From assembly GCA_007134525.1 (NCBI GenBank), contig SLKR01000042.1:3672-67671 (forward strand): a stretch of 64,000 nt of DNA. Direction: 5' to 3'. Under the pieces are notes generated by a model. That model saw nothing but the letters and a program-made list of their open reading frames with translations, searched no databases and was not told the DNA's origin. Positions 19,129 through 29,317 of this stretch are shown here, piece by piece. Position 1 is the first letter of the stretch; each line of letters opens with the position of its first letter. Both the position numbers and the translations under genes were made by a program. This stretch comes from Bacteroidales bacterium (GTDB lineage Bacteria > Bacteroidota > Bacteroidia > Bacteroidales > UBA7960).

Positions 19129-20202
19129 TTATGACTGTTCTGAAAGGGCCTCCCTTGTCTTTGCCTCCAGCTCTTCTGCCAGTTCCACATTATCGAGCAG
19201 CAATTGTTTAACGGCATCCCTTCCCTGCCCCAGCTTGGTATCCCCGTAGCTGAACCAGGATCCGGATTTCTTAATTATGTTGTTATCAACAGCAAGATCG
19301 ATAATCTCTCCTGTTTTCGAGATACCCAGCCCGTAAATTATATCGAATTCAGCCTGCCGGAAAGGAGGGGCAAGCTTGTTTTTAACCACCTTGACCCTGG
19401 TACGGTTGCCCATTACCCTGTCGCCCTCCTTGATCTGCGATGCCCTTCTGATATCTATCCTCACAGATGCATAGAACTTAAGTGCATTACCGCCGGTTGT
19501 CGTTTCAGGGTTTCCAAACATCACTCCTATCTTCTCACGCAGCTGGTTAATGAATATACAGCAACAATTTGTTTTGTTAATTGTACCGGTAAGTTTCCGG
19601 AGTGCCTGAGACATCAGCCTTGCCTGCAGGCCCATTTTGGAGTCGCCCATCTCCCCCTCAATCTCGCTTTTCGGCGTAAGGGCAGCAACCGAATCAATAA
19701 CAATTATATCCAGTGCTCCTGATCTGATAAGATTTTCGGCTATTTCAAGCGCCTGTTCGCCATTATCAGGCTGGCTGACCAGAAGATTTTCTATATCCAC
19801 GCCGAGTTTGGCGGCATAGTTACTGTCAAAAGCATTCTCGGCATCAATAAATGCAGCAACACCTCCAAGTTTCTGAGCCTCTGCGATAGCATGTATCGCA
19901 AGTGTGGTTTTCCCGGACGACTCCGGCCCGTAAATCTCTACCACCCGGCCCCGGGGCAGGCCCCCGGTACCCAGTGCCATGTCGAGGGTAAGGGATCCGG
20001 TAGGAATAACATCTACAGGGACAACAGCTGAGTCTCCAAGTTTCATTATCGCTCCCTTTCCGTAGGATTTTTCTATCTTGTCAAGAGTCAGCTGCAGGGC
20101 CTTCATTTTTTCCTTGCTGACTTGCCTTTCCTTGTTCTGTTCAGAAGACTGATCTTTTTCCTTATTCATTTTTTGCTGTTTATTTGGTTTTTTATTCTTC
20201 AA
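19129..20202 (-). CDS. recA: Recombinase RecA
   Basis: Walker [10 protein letters not shown] and RecA core FIDAE...ALD. A roughly 30-aa Lys/Gln-rich N-terminal extension makes the start ambiguous (alternatives at 20169 and 20106). Confidence 0.95.
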   Translation of the reverse strand: MKNKKPNKQQKMNKEKDQSSEQNKERQVSKEKMKALQLTLDKIEKSYGKGAIMKLGDSAVVPVDVIPTGSLTLDMALGTGGLPRGRVVEIYGPESSGKTTLAIHAIAEAQKLGGVAAFIDAENAFDSNYAAKLGVDIENLLVSQPDNGEQALEIAENLIRSGALDIIVIDSVAALTPKSEIEGEMGDSKMGLQARLMSQALRKLTGTINKTNCCCIFINQLREKIGVMFGNPETTTGGNALKFYASVRIDIRRASQIKEGDRVMGNRTRVKVVKNKLAPPFRQAEFDIIYGLGISKTGEIIDLAVDNNIIKKSGSWFSYGDTKLGQGRDAVKQLLLDNVELAEELEAKTREALSEQS

Positions 20203-20215
20203 ATATAATTATTTT

Positions 20216-20842
20216 TTAGACGTTATTATACAGGTGGACCAGTTTCTTGGTCCTGAAGTACTCCTCCGGCATCCTTTCATGCAGGTTATATATCCTATAC
20301 CTGTAACCGAGCCCTGAAAGCTCGCCGGCAAACTCTCCCCCCTTCAGGTAAAGGATACCATTCGGTATCGCATTTAAATTACTGCTGCTTACCCTGTTAC
20401 TTACCCATGACATGAATTGAGGCAATGGTTTTACTGCCCTGCTGACAATAAAGTCGAACTCTCCCTGAAGGTCTTCGGCCCGGCTCTTTACTGCCCTTAC
20501 ATTGTCAAGTCCCAGGCTTCTGACAACCTCATTGACAACCTTAATCTTTTTCCCGACCGAGTCAACCAGCAGAAATTCAACCTCCGGCCTGCTTATCGCC
20601 AGGGGTATACCAGGGAACCCACCCCCGGTGCCCACATCCAGGATCCTTGTACCGGCAATGAAATCAACAAATTTCAGGACCGACATTGAATGAAGCACAT
20701 GACGAAGGTAAAAAAATTCCATATCCTTTCTGGAGATCACGTTTATTCTGCTGTTCCACTCATCATAAAGAGGATTTAGCATCCCGATCTTTTCAAACTG
20801 CTCTTCAGAAAGGTCAGCAAAATATTTTTTAATGATCTGCAT
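20216..20842 (-). CDS. rsmG: 16S rRNA (guanine527-N7)-methyltransferase
   Basis: SAM-binding motif ILDVGTGGGFPGIPLA. 208 aa. Confidence 0.9.
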   Translation of the reverse strand: MQIIKKYFADLSEEQFEKIGMLNPLYDEWNSRINVISRKDMEFFYLRHVLHSMSVLKFVDFIAGTRILDVGTGGGFPGIPLAISRPEVEFLLVDSVGKKIKVVNEVVRSLGLDNVRAVKSRAEDLQGEFDFIVSRAVKPLPQFMSWVSNRVSSSNLNAIPNGILYLKGGEFAGELSGLGYRYRIYNLHERMPEEYFRTKKLVHLYNNV

Positions 20843-20932
20843 TGTAAAAAATAAAGTAATTGATGTATTTTTGGTGCTGAAAGTGGCAGGGTAATGGACA
20901 CCCCATAATTTCGTCTTTCAAAAATAGTGTTT

Positions 20933-21940
20933 ATGCATCAATTATTAACAGGCATTCTGAAAAAGCTTACTATTTTGGCTTTTATTATTCCCGTGAACGT
21001 TTCTGGGCAGCAACACAGGATCAGCCTGCCCGAGTACATAGAACGGTACAATAACATTGCAATCGCCGAGATGAGAGCATCCGGCATACCTGCAAGCATC
21101 AAGCTGGCCCAGGCAATACTTGAATCCGGTTTTGGCAACAGTGAACTTGCCGTAATGGCCAACAACCATTTCGGTATAAAATGCAACGGTTGGCCGGGAA
21201 GGACATACTTCTATGATGATGACGAACCCCAGGAGTGTTTCAGGAAATATTCAGACCCCCTGTACTCTTTTCTGGACCATACGGAATTTTTAACTACCAG
21301 GCCGTGGTATGACTTTTTGTTTGAACTTGAAGTCACAGACTTCGAGGGGTGGGCACACGGGCTTAAGGATGCCGGGTATGCCACAAACCCCAGGTATGCT
21401 GAATCCCTTATCCGCCTGATAAACGACCACAGGCTTCATCGTTTTGACCAGAAGGCCCTCGACCCCTCTTACATTCTTACCGACCAGTTTCAGCTTGCGG
21501 TATCAGAGCAGAGGGAGAGTATTGACACGAGCTCCGACAGGTTGCTCAGGCCGGCTGAAGAGGGTGTAAGGCAGGTGCTTACATACAACAGGATCAACTA
21601 TATAATTGCCCGTCCGGGCGATACCCCGGCAACAATTGCAGGTGAGGTGGATATAAGGGAAGGCCGCATTAAAAAGTATAATAACATCGACGAAAGTGAA
21701 GACCTTGAACCCGGACAGCGGGTATATATCCAACCCAAAAGGAGAAGGGGTGAAGAGAGGTACCACATAGCAGAGGCGGGAGAGACAATGACTGATATAT
21801 CCCATGAATATGGCATCAGGATCGAAAACCTTTACCGCCGCAACGATATGCAATACGGAATGGAACCCGAGCCGGGGCAGAGAATACTGCTAAGGGGATA
21901 TGAGGGTAATTTCATCCAGTACCTTTTAAGGCGCCCATAG
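20933..21940 (+). CDS. GH73 N-acetylglucosaminidase domain protein with two LysM repeats
   Basis: AILESGFGNSELAVMANNHFGIK glucosaminidase motif. LysM-like segments IARPGDTPATIAGEV and IAEAGETMTDISHEYGI. The first ATG is at 20933, because the ORF-track start at 20927 is a GTG. Confidence 0.8.
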   Translation: MHQLLTGILKKLTILAFIIPVNVSGQQHRISLPEYIERYNNIAIAEMRASGIPASIKLAQAILESGFGNSELAVMANNHFGIKCNGWPGRTYFYDDDEPQECFRKYSDPLYSFLDHTEFLTTRPWYDFLFELEVTDFEGWAHGLKDAGYATNPRYAESLIRLINDHRLHRFDQKALDPSYILTDQFQLAVSEQRESIDTSSDRLLRPAEEGVRQVLTYNRINYIIARPGDTPATIAGEVDIREGRIKKYNNIDESEDLEPGQRVYIQPKRRRGEERYHIAEAGETMTDISHEYGIRIENLYRRNDMQYGMEPEPGQRILLRGYEGNFIQYLLRRP

Positions 21941-21946
21941 GTACAT

Positions 21947-22228
21947 ATGACAGAGATACTGCTAATAATGCTCGCAGGGGTAATTACCGGCTTTTTCCTC
22001 AGAAACAGGAATAAGGTGACAGGTGTAGTTGACAAACTCATAATAGTGAGCATAATCTTCCTGCTTTTTTCCCTTGGCTTTGCTGTAGGAGGTGATCCGG
22101 TAATTATTTCGAATTTGCCTTCTCTGGGCCTTACAGCGCTTGCACTCAGCCTTGCAGGAATATTGGGAAGCCTAATAATGGCCATGCTGTTATGGAGGTT
22201 CTACTTTAAAGACAGCCACAAGGAGTGA
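21947..22228 (+). CDS. LysO/DUF340 family small membrane subunit
   Basis: 93 aa with 3 TM helices. Its stop overlaps the GTG start of the larger DUF340 gene. Confidence 0.6.
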   Translation: MTEILLIMLAGVITGFFLRNRNKVTGVVDKLIIVSIIFLLFSLGFAVGGDPVIISNLPSLGLTALALSLAGILGSLIMAMLLWRFYFKDSHKE

Positions 22229-22833
22229 AAAACAGCATCTATATTGTACTGGCGTTTTTTGCCGGAGTTTTTACGGCAGGTTCCGGTTTTCTGCCTCCGG
22301 AAAGCCTGGGCAGTGAGCCTGCAAAATACAGCCTCTACCTTCTGATGTTCCTCGTAGGATTGGGTATCGGTGCCGACAGGCGGTCAACCGAACTTATAGG
22401 CATACTGGGAGCCAAACTGTTGCTGGTGCCTCTTATGACAATTGCAGGAACATTCTCAGGTGTTCTGGCAGTGTCCGCTCTATTAAAGGACATTTCGGCC
22501 GGGGAGGCCCTTGCAGTTGGAGCCGGCTTCGGCTATTACAGCTTGTCAAGCATAATAATAAGCCAGCTGCACAGTGAGAGCCTTGGTGTTATAGCCCTGC
22601 TCTCCAATATAATAAGAGAGATCCTCACCCTGATTACTGCTCCCCTCATGGTTATGTGCTTTGGCAGGCTCTCGCCTGTTGCAGCAGCCGGGGCAACAAG
22701 TATGGATACTACCCTTCCGGTTATAACAGCGGTATCGGGCCGGCAGTTTACCGTGATCGCGCTCTTTCATGGTATCCTGCTCACAATAATTGTACCCGTA
22801 CTGGTACCATTAATACTAAGGCTGTCAATATAA
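22225..22833 (+). CDS. Lysine exporter LysO family (DUF340) large membrane subunit
   Basis: 202 aa polytopic membrane protein. Together with the preceding 93-aa ORF it equals the length of a full LysO/YbjE. Confidence 0.6.
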   Translation: MKNSIYIVLAFFAGVFTAGSGFLPPESLGSEPAKYSLYLLMFLVGLGIGADRRSTELIGILGAKLLLVPLMTIAGTFSGVLAVSALLKDISAGEALAVGAGFGYYSLSSIIISQLHSESLGVIALLSNIIREILTLITAPLMVMCFGRLSPVAAAGATSMDTTLPVITAVSGRQFTVIALFHGILLTIIVPVLVPLILRLSI

Positions 22834-24983
22834 AAAACAGAATTGTAAACATATGCTCCCATGGTCCGGACATTCCACGCATCCACCCCTTTTTCCCTGA
22901 GCTCCCCCTCAATCATTGCAGCTTCACGAAAGCTGTGTGATGTGTCTATTATAACCTTCTCCGGCTTCAGGTAATCAAAAAGGGCGGAGAAATTTTTTCC
23001 GGCAGCTGATGTTATAATCAAATAATCGACTTTAACAGGCTGCGGAACCAGCAAGCCGGGGTCTTCCCGGCAAGTGCCCCCGGCAAGTGCTATCTTTTTG
23101 CCGTCAAAATGAATAAGCAAAAGTTCAAGGCGGAATTTCCCGGAATTAATACATGCCGAAACTGTCACAATTCCCCCGGGGCCTTTGTTAACCGGCCGGC
23201 ACCCTGCAACAGGTACCCGGACAGTTTCTTTTACACCCTTTAACACCCTGTATCCTGATATATTATACTCCACATTCCCTGGATCGGAATAAAGCCCTTC
23301 ACAGGAAAAAATCAAACTCCTGCCGGCATGCATGAACTCAACAGCGCTAACCCCGCTAATGCTGTATACCACAAAGTTTCTGCGCAGTTGTTTATTGTGC
23401 TTGTTAAAGGAATAGGCAACTGACAGTATCAGCAATGCGGTCAGGCAGATAATGGCATATCTCCTGGGGCCGGTAAAAAGATATAACAAAAGGCAGGTAA
23501 GGGTGGCAAAAACAAGGAGTGTCTGAAAAATATCCAGATGTATTCCTTTGCTTACCGCTAAAGGCAGCCCTTCAATAAATGCAACTGAATAATGAAGGCA
23601 TCTGGCCGATAATGCAAGCATAAATGAAACAGCCTCCCCAAATATGGGTACAGGGTTGAAAACCAATGTTGCAATACCTAAATGAATAAGCAACCCTGCT
23701 AGTGGTATTGCGATCAGGTTGGTCAGCAGGAAGTAATTCGGGAACTGGTTAAAGTAATAAACGGAGAGCGGTCCGGTTGCGACCTGGGCTGCCAGGCTTA
23801 CTGTAATTATCGACCAGGCCCTTTCGATCAGCTTATTGGGCGGCCGGTAAAATGCATAAACAAGAGGCTGCAAAATTACAATGCTTATGACCGCAAGATA
23901 TGACAGCTGAAAGCCAATGTAAAAAACAATAAATGGATTTACTGTTACAAGCAGAAAAGCTGATGCAGCCAATGTATTAATGATAGCCGTATGCCTTCCG
24001 ATCCCCTGACCGACAGCTACAAAGCTGAACATGACTGAAGCCCTCTGAACTGACGGGCTGAATCCGGTGATTGCAGCATAGAGCCATATGAAAGCCACAA
24101 TTAACATCATCCTGGCAGATTTCCCGCCCCTGAGCTTTGTCATGAAACCCAGAATATTTTTTAGGACAAGGAAAACTATGCCCACGTGCAGGCCCGATAC
24201 GCAAAGTATATGCATTGCTCCCGCCCCGGCAAACTCCCTTCTCATATCCCGGTCGAGGTATTCCCTGTATCCGAGAATAAGTGCCGATACAACCGCAAAC
24301 TCACGCTCTCCGGGGCAGGCACTCCTGAATACGGATAAAGCGCCTGACCTGGCACTGTGGGCTGTTTTTACAAGTATGTTCCCTTTATTATACCCTGTAT
24401 GATACCACTGGTCGTTGCCAACATACAGTGAGTGGTATATATTTCTTCCGGCAAGATATTTTTTGTAATCAAACTCAGCTGGATTCCGGGGTGGATCTAT
24501 CTCATCCCAGAAGCTATTAACTACAATTACATCACCGTATCCGGGTACCTCTTCAAGACCATCTTTTGATATATATATTATAATCCTGCCACTTACCCTG
24601 AACACCGTATCGGTTTTGCCCAAAAGCCTGATTCGGGCAAGAAGCTGGAAAGTATTGGCCTTCTCAACAGGCTGTTCTATTACCTCGGCCCATAAAAACG
24701 AATCATCATGCACGAAATTGCTGAAGTGATCCGCTCTGTATAAATGTTTGTTTTCCTGAGAAATAAAGTAACCAGAGATCAGAAGCAGCATTGAGGTACA
24801 CACACCAAAGCTCCAGTGCCCTGTAAAGCATGTAATGATTAAATAAGCAAAACAGAATGCCGCCAGAAAGTAAAAATGGGATATATGAAAGATGTACCTT
24901 TCTGAACAGAGGAATATAATAATCCCTGTACAGTACGGCACAAAGAGCCTGACAAGAGGCATATCCAGGTTTAACCGGCTCAT
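22767..24983 (-). CDS. comEC: ComEC/Rec2 family DNA internalization channel protein
   Basis: 738 aa. Has the N-terminal DUF4131-like segment and the polytopic competence domain. The C-terminal region keeps only a remnant of the metallo-beta-lactamase module. The 3' end overlaps the LysO gene by 67 nt. Confidence 0.8.
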   Translation of the reverse strand: MSRLNLDMPLVRLFVPYCTGIIIFLCSERYIFHISHFYFLAAFCFAYLIITCFTGHWSFGVCTSMLLLISGYFISQENKHLYRADHFSNFVHDDSFLWAEVIEQPVEKANTFQLLARIRLLGKTDTVFRVSGRIIIYISKDGLEEVPGYGDVIVVNSFWDEIDPPRNPAEFDYKKYLAGRNIYHSLYVGNDQWYHTGYNKGNILVKTAHSARSGALSVFRSACPGEREFAVVSALILGYREYLDRDMRREFAGAGAMHILCVSGLHVGIVFLVLKNILGFMTKLRGGKSARMMLIVAFIWLYAAITGFSPSVQRASVMFSFVAVGQGIGRHTAIINTLAASAFLLVTVNPFIVFYIGFQLSYLAVISIVILQPLVYAFYRPPNKLIERAWSIITVSLAAQVATGPLSVYYFNQFPNYFLLTNLIAIPLAGLLIHLGIATLVFNPVPIFGEAVSFMLALSARCLHYSVAFIEGLPLAVSKGIHLDIFQTLLVFATLTCLLLYLFTGPRRYAIICLTALLILSVAYSFNKHNKQLRRNFVVYSISGVSAVEFMHAGRSLIFSCEGLYSDPGNVEYNISGYRVLKGVKETVRVPVAGCRPVNKGPGGIVTVSACINSGKFRLELLLIHFDGKKIALAGGTCREDPGLLVPQPVKVDYLIITSAAGKNFSALFDYLKPEKVIIDTSHSFREAAMIEGELREKGVDAWNVRTMGAYVYNSVFYIDSLSINGTSTGTIIVSRIP

Positions 24984-25080
24984 TTTTCATATAAATGTAC
25001 CTGTTTATGCCCTGTAATCTGTAGTAAGCTAATCTGAATTTATGCAGACGGACAAAAGATTACTCTGGCGGTATTACAGT

Positions 25081-26202
25081 TCAGTCAGAGATAAGGTCTC
25101 TGACCGCACGGGCTGCATTATATGAGGCACCTTCCCCGCCCAGGAGTGATTCAAGCTCAGAGTAAGCATCTTTAATATCATTCCTGTAATCTTTGTCATT
25201 AATGAGCCTGCTTAGCTCCACATAAAGTCTTTTCCCGTTGAAGTCACCCTGTATAAGCTCCCTGATAACTTCCCTGCCCATTATTAGGTTGACCAGGGAT
25301 ATAAAGTCTATTTTCACAAGGCGCTTCGCTATTAGGTATGAAACAGGATTTGCCTTATAGCAAACGATCTGGGGAACACCGAATAGCGCAGTTTCAAGGG
25401 TTGCTGTACCAGATGTCACAATTGCAGCATATGAGTTCGCAAGCAGCGCATAGGTCTGGTCATATATGACTGATACATTTTCCAGGCCTGATAATTCACT
25501 GTAAGTTGCCTCCTTTTGGTTTGAAATGGCTGCAACCACAAAGTGACAACCCTTGAAACGGGGTGCAACTGAGACCATTCCCCCAAGCATTTTGCTTATT
25601 TCCTGTTTTCTGCTTCCGGGCAGCAGGGCAATCAGGGGAGCCGCCGGAAGATTGTTGCTCTTTCTGAAGTCAGCGTATTGCTCCGTGTCCCTTAACATAA
25701 TTACCTCGTCAAGCAGCGGATGCCCTGTAAACTCAACATTCACGCCCGACCCCCTGTAAAAATCCTCCTCAAACGGGAGTATCGCAAGTAATTTATCTAC
25801 TGATCTTCTGATCTTCCTGATCCTTGAACTCTTCCATGCCCACACCTGAGGACTGATATAGTAAACCACCCTTATACCCTGTTTATGTGCAAATTCTGCG
25901 ATTCTAAGGTTAAAACCCGGGTAGTCAACCAGAATAAGAACATCAGGCCTGTATTCAAGTATATCCCTTTTGCAGAACCTAATTTTTCCCAATATGGTCC
26001 TTAAGTTTTGAAACACCTCCCAAAAACCCATGAATGCAAGCTCACTAATATGCACTACCCTGCGGCCTCCGACCGAGCTCATTCTGTCACCTCCCCAGAA
26101 ACGGAAGTCATGTTCAGGGTCAAGCATTATCAGCTGCTTCATCAGGTTGGCGGCATGCATATCGCCAGAAGCTTCCCCTGCTATTATGTAATACCTGGCC
26201 AT
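25081..26202 (-). CDS. lpxB: Lipid-A-disaccharide synthase
   Basis: N-terminus YYIIAGEASGDMHAANL. 373 aa GT19 layout. Confidence 0.9.
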   Translation of the reverse strand: MARYYIIAGEASGDMHAANLMKQLIMLDPEHDFRFWGGDRMSSVGGRRVVHISELAFMGFWEVFQNLRTILGKIRFCKRDILEYRPDVLILVDYPGFNLRIAEFAHKQGIRVVYYISPQVWAWKSSRIRKIRRSVDKLLAILPFEEDFYRGSGVNVEFTGHPLLDEVIMLRDTEQYADFRKSNNLPAAPLIALLPGSRKQEISKMLGGMVSVAPRFKGCHFVVAAISNQKEATYSELSGLENVSVIYDQTYALLANSYAAIVTSGTATLETALFGVPQIVCYKANPVSYLIAKRLVKIDFISLVNLIMGREVIRELIQGDFNGKRLYVELSRLINDKDYRNDIKDAYSELESLLGGEGASYNAARAVRDLISD

Positions 26203-26213
26203 TGGCTCAACAT

Positions 26214-26492
26214 CTACATGAAAAAGTAAAAGAATACCAGTGCAAAAAGAAAGGTTACCAGCAATATTGCACGGCCACTTCGATCGTACTTTTTATTGAC
26301 CATATAGTACCTGAAAGGAAACAGGTTTGCGAAAACAGCTACCAATACAGGGATCTTTGGGCGTGGCTGGTATATTAAACCCTCTACATTACCATATGGG
26401 ATAAGGATCAATAAAACCAGTCCGTAAACCAGCAACGGAAGGATAAAACCTACGGCTATACCTAGCGACCAGCTGTCTTTATTTAACATCAA
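26214..26492 (-). CDS. Small membrane protein of unknown function (3 TM helices)
   Basis: 92 aa, hydrophobic. Wedged between surE and lpxB, with a 14-nt overlap with surE. Confidence 0.5.
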   Translation of the reverse strand: MMLNKDSWSLGIAVGFILPLLVYGLVLLILIPYGNVEGLIYQPRPKIPVLVAVFANLFPFRYYMVNKKYDRSGRAILLVTFLFALVFFYFFM

Positions 26493-27252
26493 AATCCCAT
26501 TTATTCAGTTCAGCGATCATCTGGTGGGCAGTAAAGTCAAACTGGGTAGGCACAAGGGATACATAACTATTCTCCAGTGCCCAGCCGTCTGTTTCATTGC
26601 TGTTCTCATGCAGTGCAAAACGCCCGGTAAGCCAGTAGTAATCCTTGCCGCTCGGATCATTGCGGTGGTCAAATTCCTCTTCCCAGTTACCCCTTGCCTG
26701 CCTGCATACTTTTATGCCCTTTATCTCGCTTTCTTTTATTGCCGGTATGTTAACATTAAGGCATATTCCTTTGGGAAGGCCACTCTCAAGTACATTGGAG
26801 GCAATCCTCTGGATATATTTCTTTGACTGTGTAAAGTCAGCATCAAACCTGTAGTCAAGCAGTGAGAAGCCGATTGAGGGAATACTCTCCATTGAGCCCT
26901 CAATAGCGGCAGACATTGTTCCGCTATAAATAACACTTATGGAGGAATTTGCTCCATGGTTAATCCCTGAAACCAAAAGGTCAGGTTTTCGCTTTAGAAC
27001 CTGGCTGACTGCGATCTTAACACAGTCAACAGGTGTTCCGCTGCAACTGTACTCGTCATGATCACCGTCAACGGTTATTTTTTCCAGCCTCAGGGGGTTG
27101 GTTATCGTTACCGCATGCCCCATTCCGCTCTGGGGTTTATCGGGGGCCACAACTACTACCTCTCCGATTTCAAGCATATATTTTACCAGATGACGTATGC
27201 CAGGGGCCATAATGCCATCATCATTTGTCACCAGGATCAATGGTTTTCTCAT
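26479..27252 (-). CDS. surE: 5'/3'-nucleotidase SurE
   Basis: N-terminal ILVTNDDGIMAPGI motif and GINHGAN. 257 aa. Confidence 0.9.
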   Translation of the reverse strand: MRKPLILVTNDDGIMAPGIRHLVKYMLEIGEVVVVAPDKPQSGMGHAVTITNPLRLEKITVDGDHDEYSCSGTPVDCVKIAVSQVLKRKPDLLVSGINHGANSSISVIYSGTMSAAIEGSMESIPSIGFSLLDYRFDADFTQSKKYIQRIASNVLESGLPKGICLNVNIPAIKESEIKGIKVCRQARGNWEEEFDHRNDPSGKDYYWLTGRFALHENSNETDGWALENSYVSLVPTQFDFTAHQMIAELNKWDFDVK

Positions 27253-27393
27253 AATCAGGTTTTTTCACCTGCAAAACTAATCAGAATATGCCTGATAACA
27301 AACAGTGCGGGAAAAAAATCAGGCTCCTGTTTGCTTAACTTTTTTTAACTGGCGTCAATTTGGCACTAACATACCACTGGCCCGCTTTTTGAT

Positions 27394-27401
27394 TAAATTT
27401 G
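27394..27401 (+). promoter_or_regulatory. -7 box (TAaaTTTG) upstream of the zinc metallopeptidase gene
   Basis: Exact TAnnTTTG match 34 nt upstream of the ATG at 27436. Confidence 0.3.
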
Positions 27402-27435
27402 CCTGCGTATAGTTAATAATTTAAATCAAGCAGAT

Positions 27436-28125
27436 ATGATCCTTAACACCGAGATATTACTGATTTTTCTTTTCTTTATGGTAATCAGCTGGCTTGTTTC
27501 AAATCAGCTCAAGAGCCGTTTTGCAAAATATTCAAGAACACCGTTGCGCAGCGGGCTGTCGGGAAGGCAGATCGCAGAGAGGATGCTCCGCGAAAGCGGA
27601 GTTGAAAATGTGAGGATCATATCCACACCCGGCAGGCTGACAGACCATTATAATCCCCTGGACCGGACAGTTAACCTGAGCCCGGAGGTTTACAACGGCC
27701 GATCGGTTGCAGCCGCTGCAGTTGCAGCCCACGAGTGCGGACATGCAGTGCAGCATGCACGTGCATACGCATTCCTGAAAATGAGGTCAGCCCTGGTACC
27801 GGTGATAAGTGTCAGCTCCCGATATATGCAATGGGTACTTCTTGCGGGCATCCTGACAATTGAATCTTTTCCGGGTATTCTTCTTGCAGGTATTATAATG
27901 TTCGCGGCAACTACCCTGTTTAGCTTCATAACACTGCCCGTTGAATTCGACGCTACCAAAAGGGCACTCAACTGGCTTACTGATACCGGCATGACTGTTG
28001 GGGAAGAATACAGCAACGCAAAAGATGCTCTCAAATGGGCATCACTTACATATGTGGTAGCCGCACTTGCATCACTGGCCACACTGCTGTATTACATAAT
28101 GATTTTCCTCGGACGCAGGAGCTGA
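27436..28125 (+). CDS. Membrane zinc metallopeptidase (YugP-like, Zn_peptidase_2)
   Basis: HExxH motif in AHECGHAVQH. N-terminal and C-terminal TM helices. 229 aa. Confidence 0.75.
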   Translation: MILNTEILLIFLFFMVISWLVSNQLKSRFAKYSRTPLRSGLSGRQIAERMLRESGVENVRIISTPGRLTDHYNPLDRTVNLSPEVYNGRSVAAAAVAAHECGHAVQHARAYAFLKMRSALVPVISVSSRYMQWVLLAGILTIESFPGILLAGIIMFAATTLFSFITLPVEFDATKRALNWLTDTGMTVGEEYSNAKDALKWASLTYVVAALASLATLLYYIMIFLGRRS

Positions 28126-28239
28126 TAATGAAATTAAATGCAACCATCAGGCAAAGTTCACTCAAATTAGGCAGTTCAGTCAAAAATTCCGATATTTGCT
28201 CGTCGCTCCGCATACAGGGGATTTTATTATTTTACTGAG

Positions 28240-29313
28240 ATGAAAAAATATTTTCTGGGGATATCCCTTGTTTTACTGGCAGTAGTTCTGCTGGTATTTT
28301 TTTTGGCCGAGCTGCCCTACAGTGTCCGCGGAAAAGGTGTAGTGGGCCCGCTTAAGGAGTGGGGGCTCTATACCGCATCCGACGGTACCCTGATGAACAA
28401 ACTGCAGGACAATGCGAGTGGTGGCCTTAAAGAATACAGGGTGATGGAGTTCCAGCGCGGTGACGTTGTAAGTTTTTTCTTCAACGACAGGCTGGAAACA
28501 AGTAAAGTGGTAAGCAGGGGCGACACTATTGCCTGGTTAATTTCCAATGACCTAAGGATGAGGCTGGTTGAAACAAGAGGTGAATTAGCCCACCAGGAAT
28601 CGCTGCTTCAGGTTTACCTCACGGGTGAGAAACCTGAGGCTGTCCAGAAGGCCCTTGACGAGGTTGAGCTTGCACGTCAGGAGCTGATTACCCAGGAAAG
28701 AATCACGGAAAGGATTTCCCACCTGTACGAACAGGACCTGGTTTCAACCCAGGAGTATGAACTTGCCCTCAACGATCTGGAAGTAAGAAGATACGCTCTT
28801 GAGATTGCATTGTCGAACTATGAAACAATTATCGCCGGAGAGAAGGAAGAAGAGATAGGTGCGGTAAGGGCAAGGATAGAGTCACTGGAGAAGCAGGTGG
28901 AACAACTCCAAAAACACATAGACGACATGAACATACTGTCCCCGATATCAGGCAGCATACTCAGGAAGAGGAACCTGGAGCATACTGAAAACGAAGAGGT
29001 AATAAGGGTGGCTGACCTGAGTTCCCTTTTGGTGTTCGTTCCTGTTGACGTGCATGAAACAGAGTACATCCATCCGGGCCAGGAGGTTATTATAAGCAGC
29101 CTGAACAAAAAGATTAATGCTTCGGTTCATTCGATAGACAACAGCGTACAGTTGATAAACAACAGGCCCAGGATCTTTGTGTCTGTTGTTATTGACAATT
29201 CCGACGAAACAGGGCTTATTCCGAATATGGTGGTCGATGCAAAGATAATAACACAGACAGTTTCAGTAAAAGAATATATTTCACGTATATCAAGAGTTGC
29301 ATACCAGAACTAA
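28240..29313 (+). CDS. HlyD-family periplasmic adaptor (membrane fusion protein)-like
   Basis: Single N-terminal TM helix. A long coiled-coil segment (about aa 110-230). C-terminal beta-barrel-like region (ILSPISGSI...). No pump gene is adjacent. Confidence 0.65.
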   Translation: MKKYFLGISLVLLAVVLLVFFLAELPYSVRGKGVVGPLKEWGLYTASDGTLMNKLQDNASGGLKEYRVMEFQRGDVVSFFFNDRLETSKVVSRGDTIAWLISNDLRMRLVETRGELAHQESLLQVYLTGEKPEAVQKALDEVELARQELITQERITERISHLYEQDLVSTQEYELALNDLEVRRYALEIALSNYETIIAGEKEEEIGAVRARIESLEKQVEQLQKHIDDMNILSPISGSILRKRNLEHTENEEVIRVADLSSLLVFVPVDVHETEYIHPGQEVIISSLNKKINASVHSIDNSVQLINNRPRIFVSVVIDNSDETGLIPNMVVDAKIITQTVSVKEYISRISRVAYQN

Positions 29314-29317
29314 AAAG

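Noticed and set aside
21947-22833. The LysO/DUF340 transporter split into 93-aa and 202-aa ORFs looked like a frameshifted pseudogene.
   Set aside because: The junction is a clean GTGA stop/start overlap with an AGGAG just upstream. The two-gene arrangement (small plus large DUF340 proteins) is one I recall as common in annotated genomes. I therefore treat it as a genuine two-subunit form, though a frameshift cannot be excluded without orthologs.
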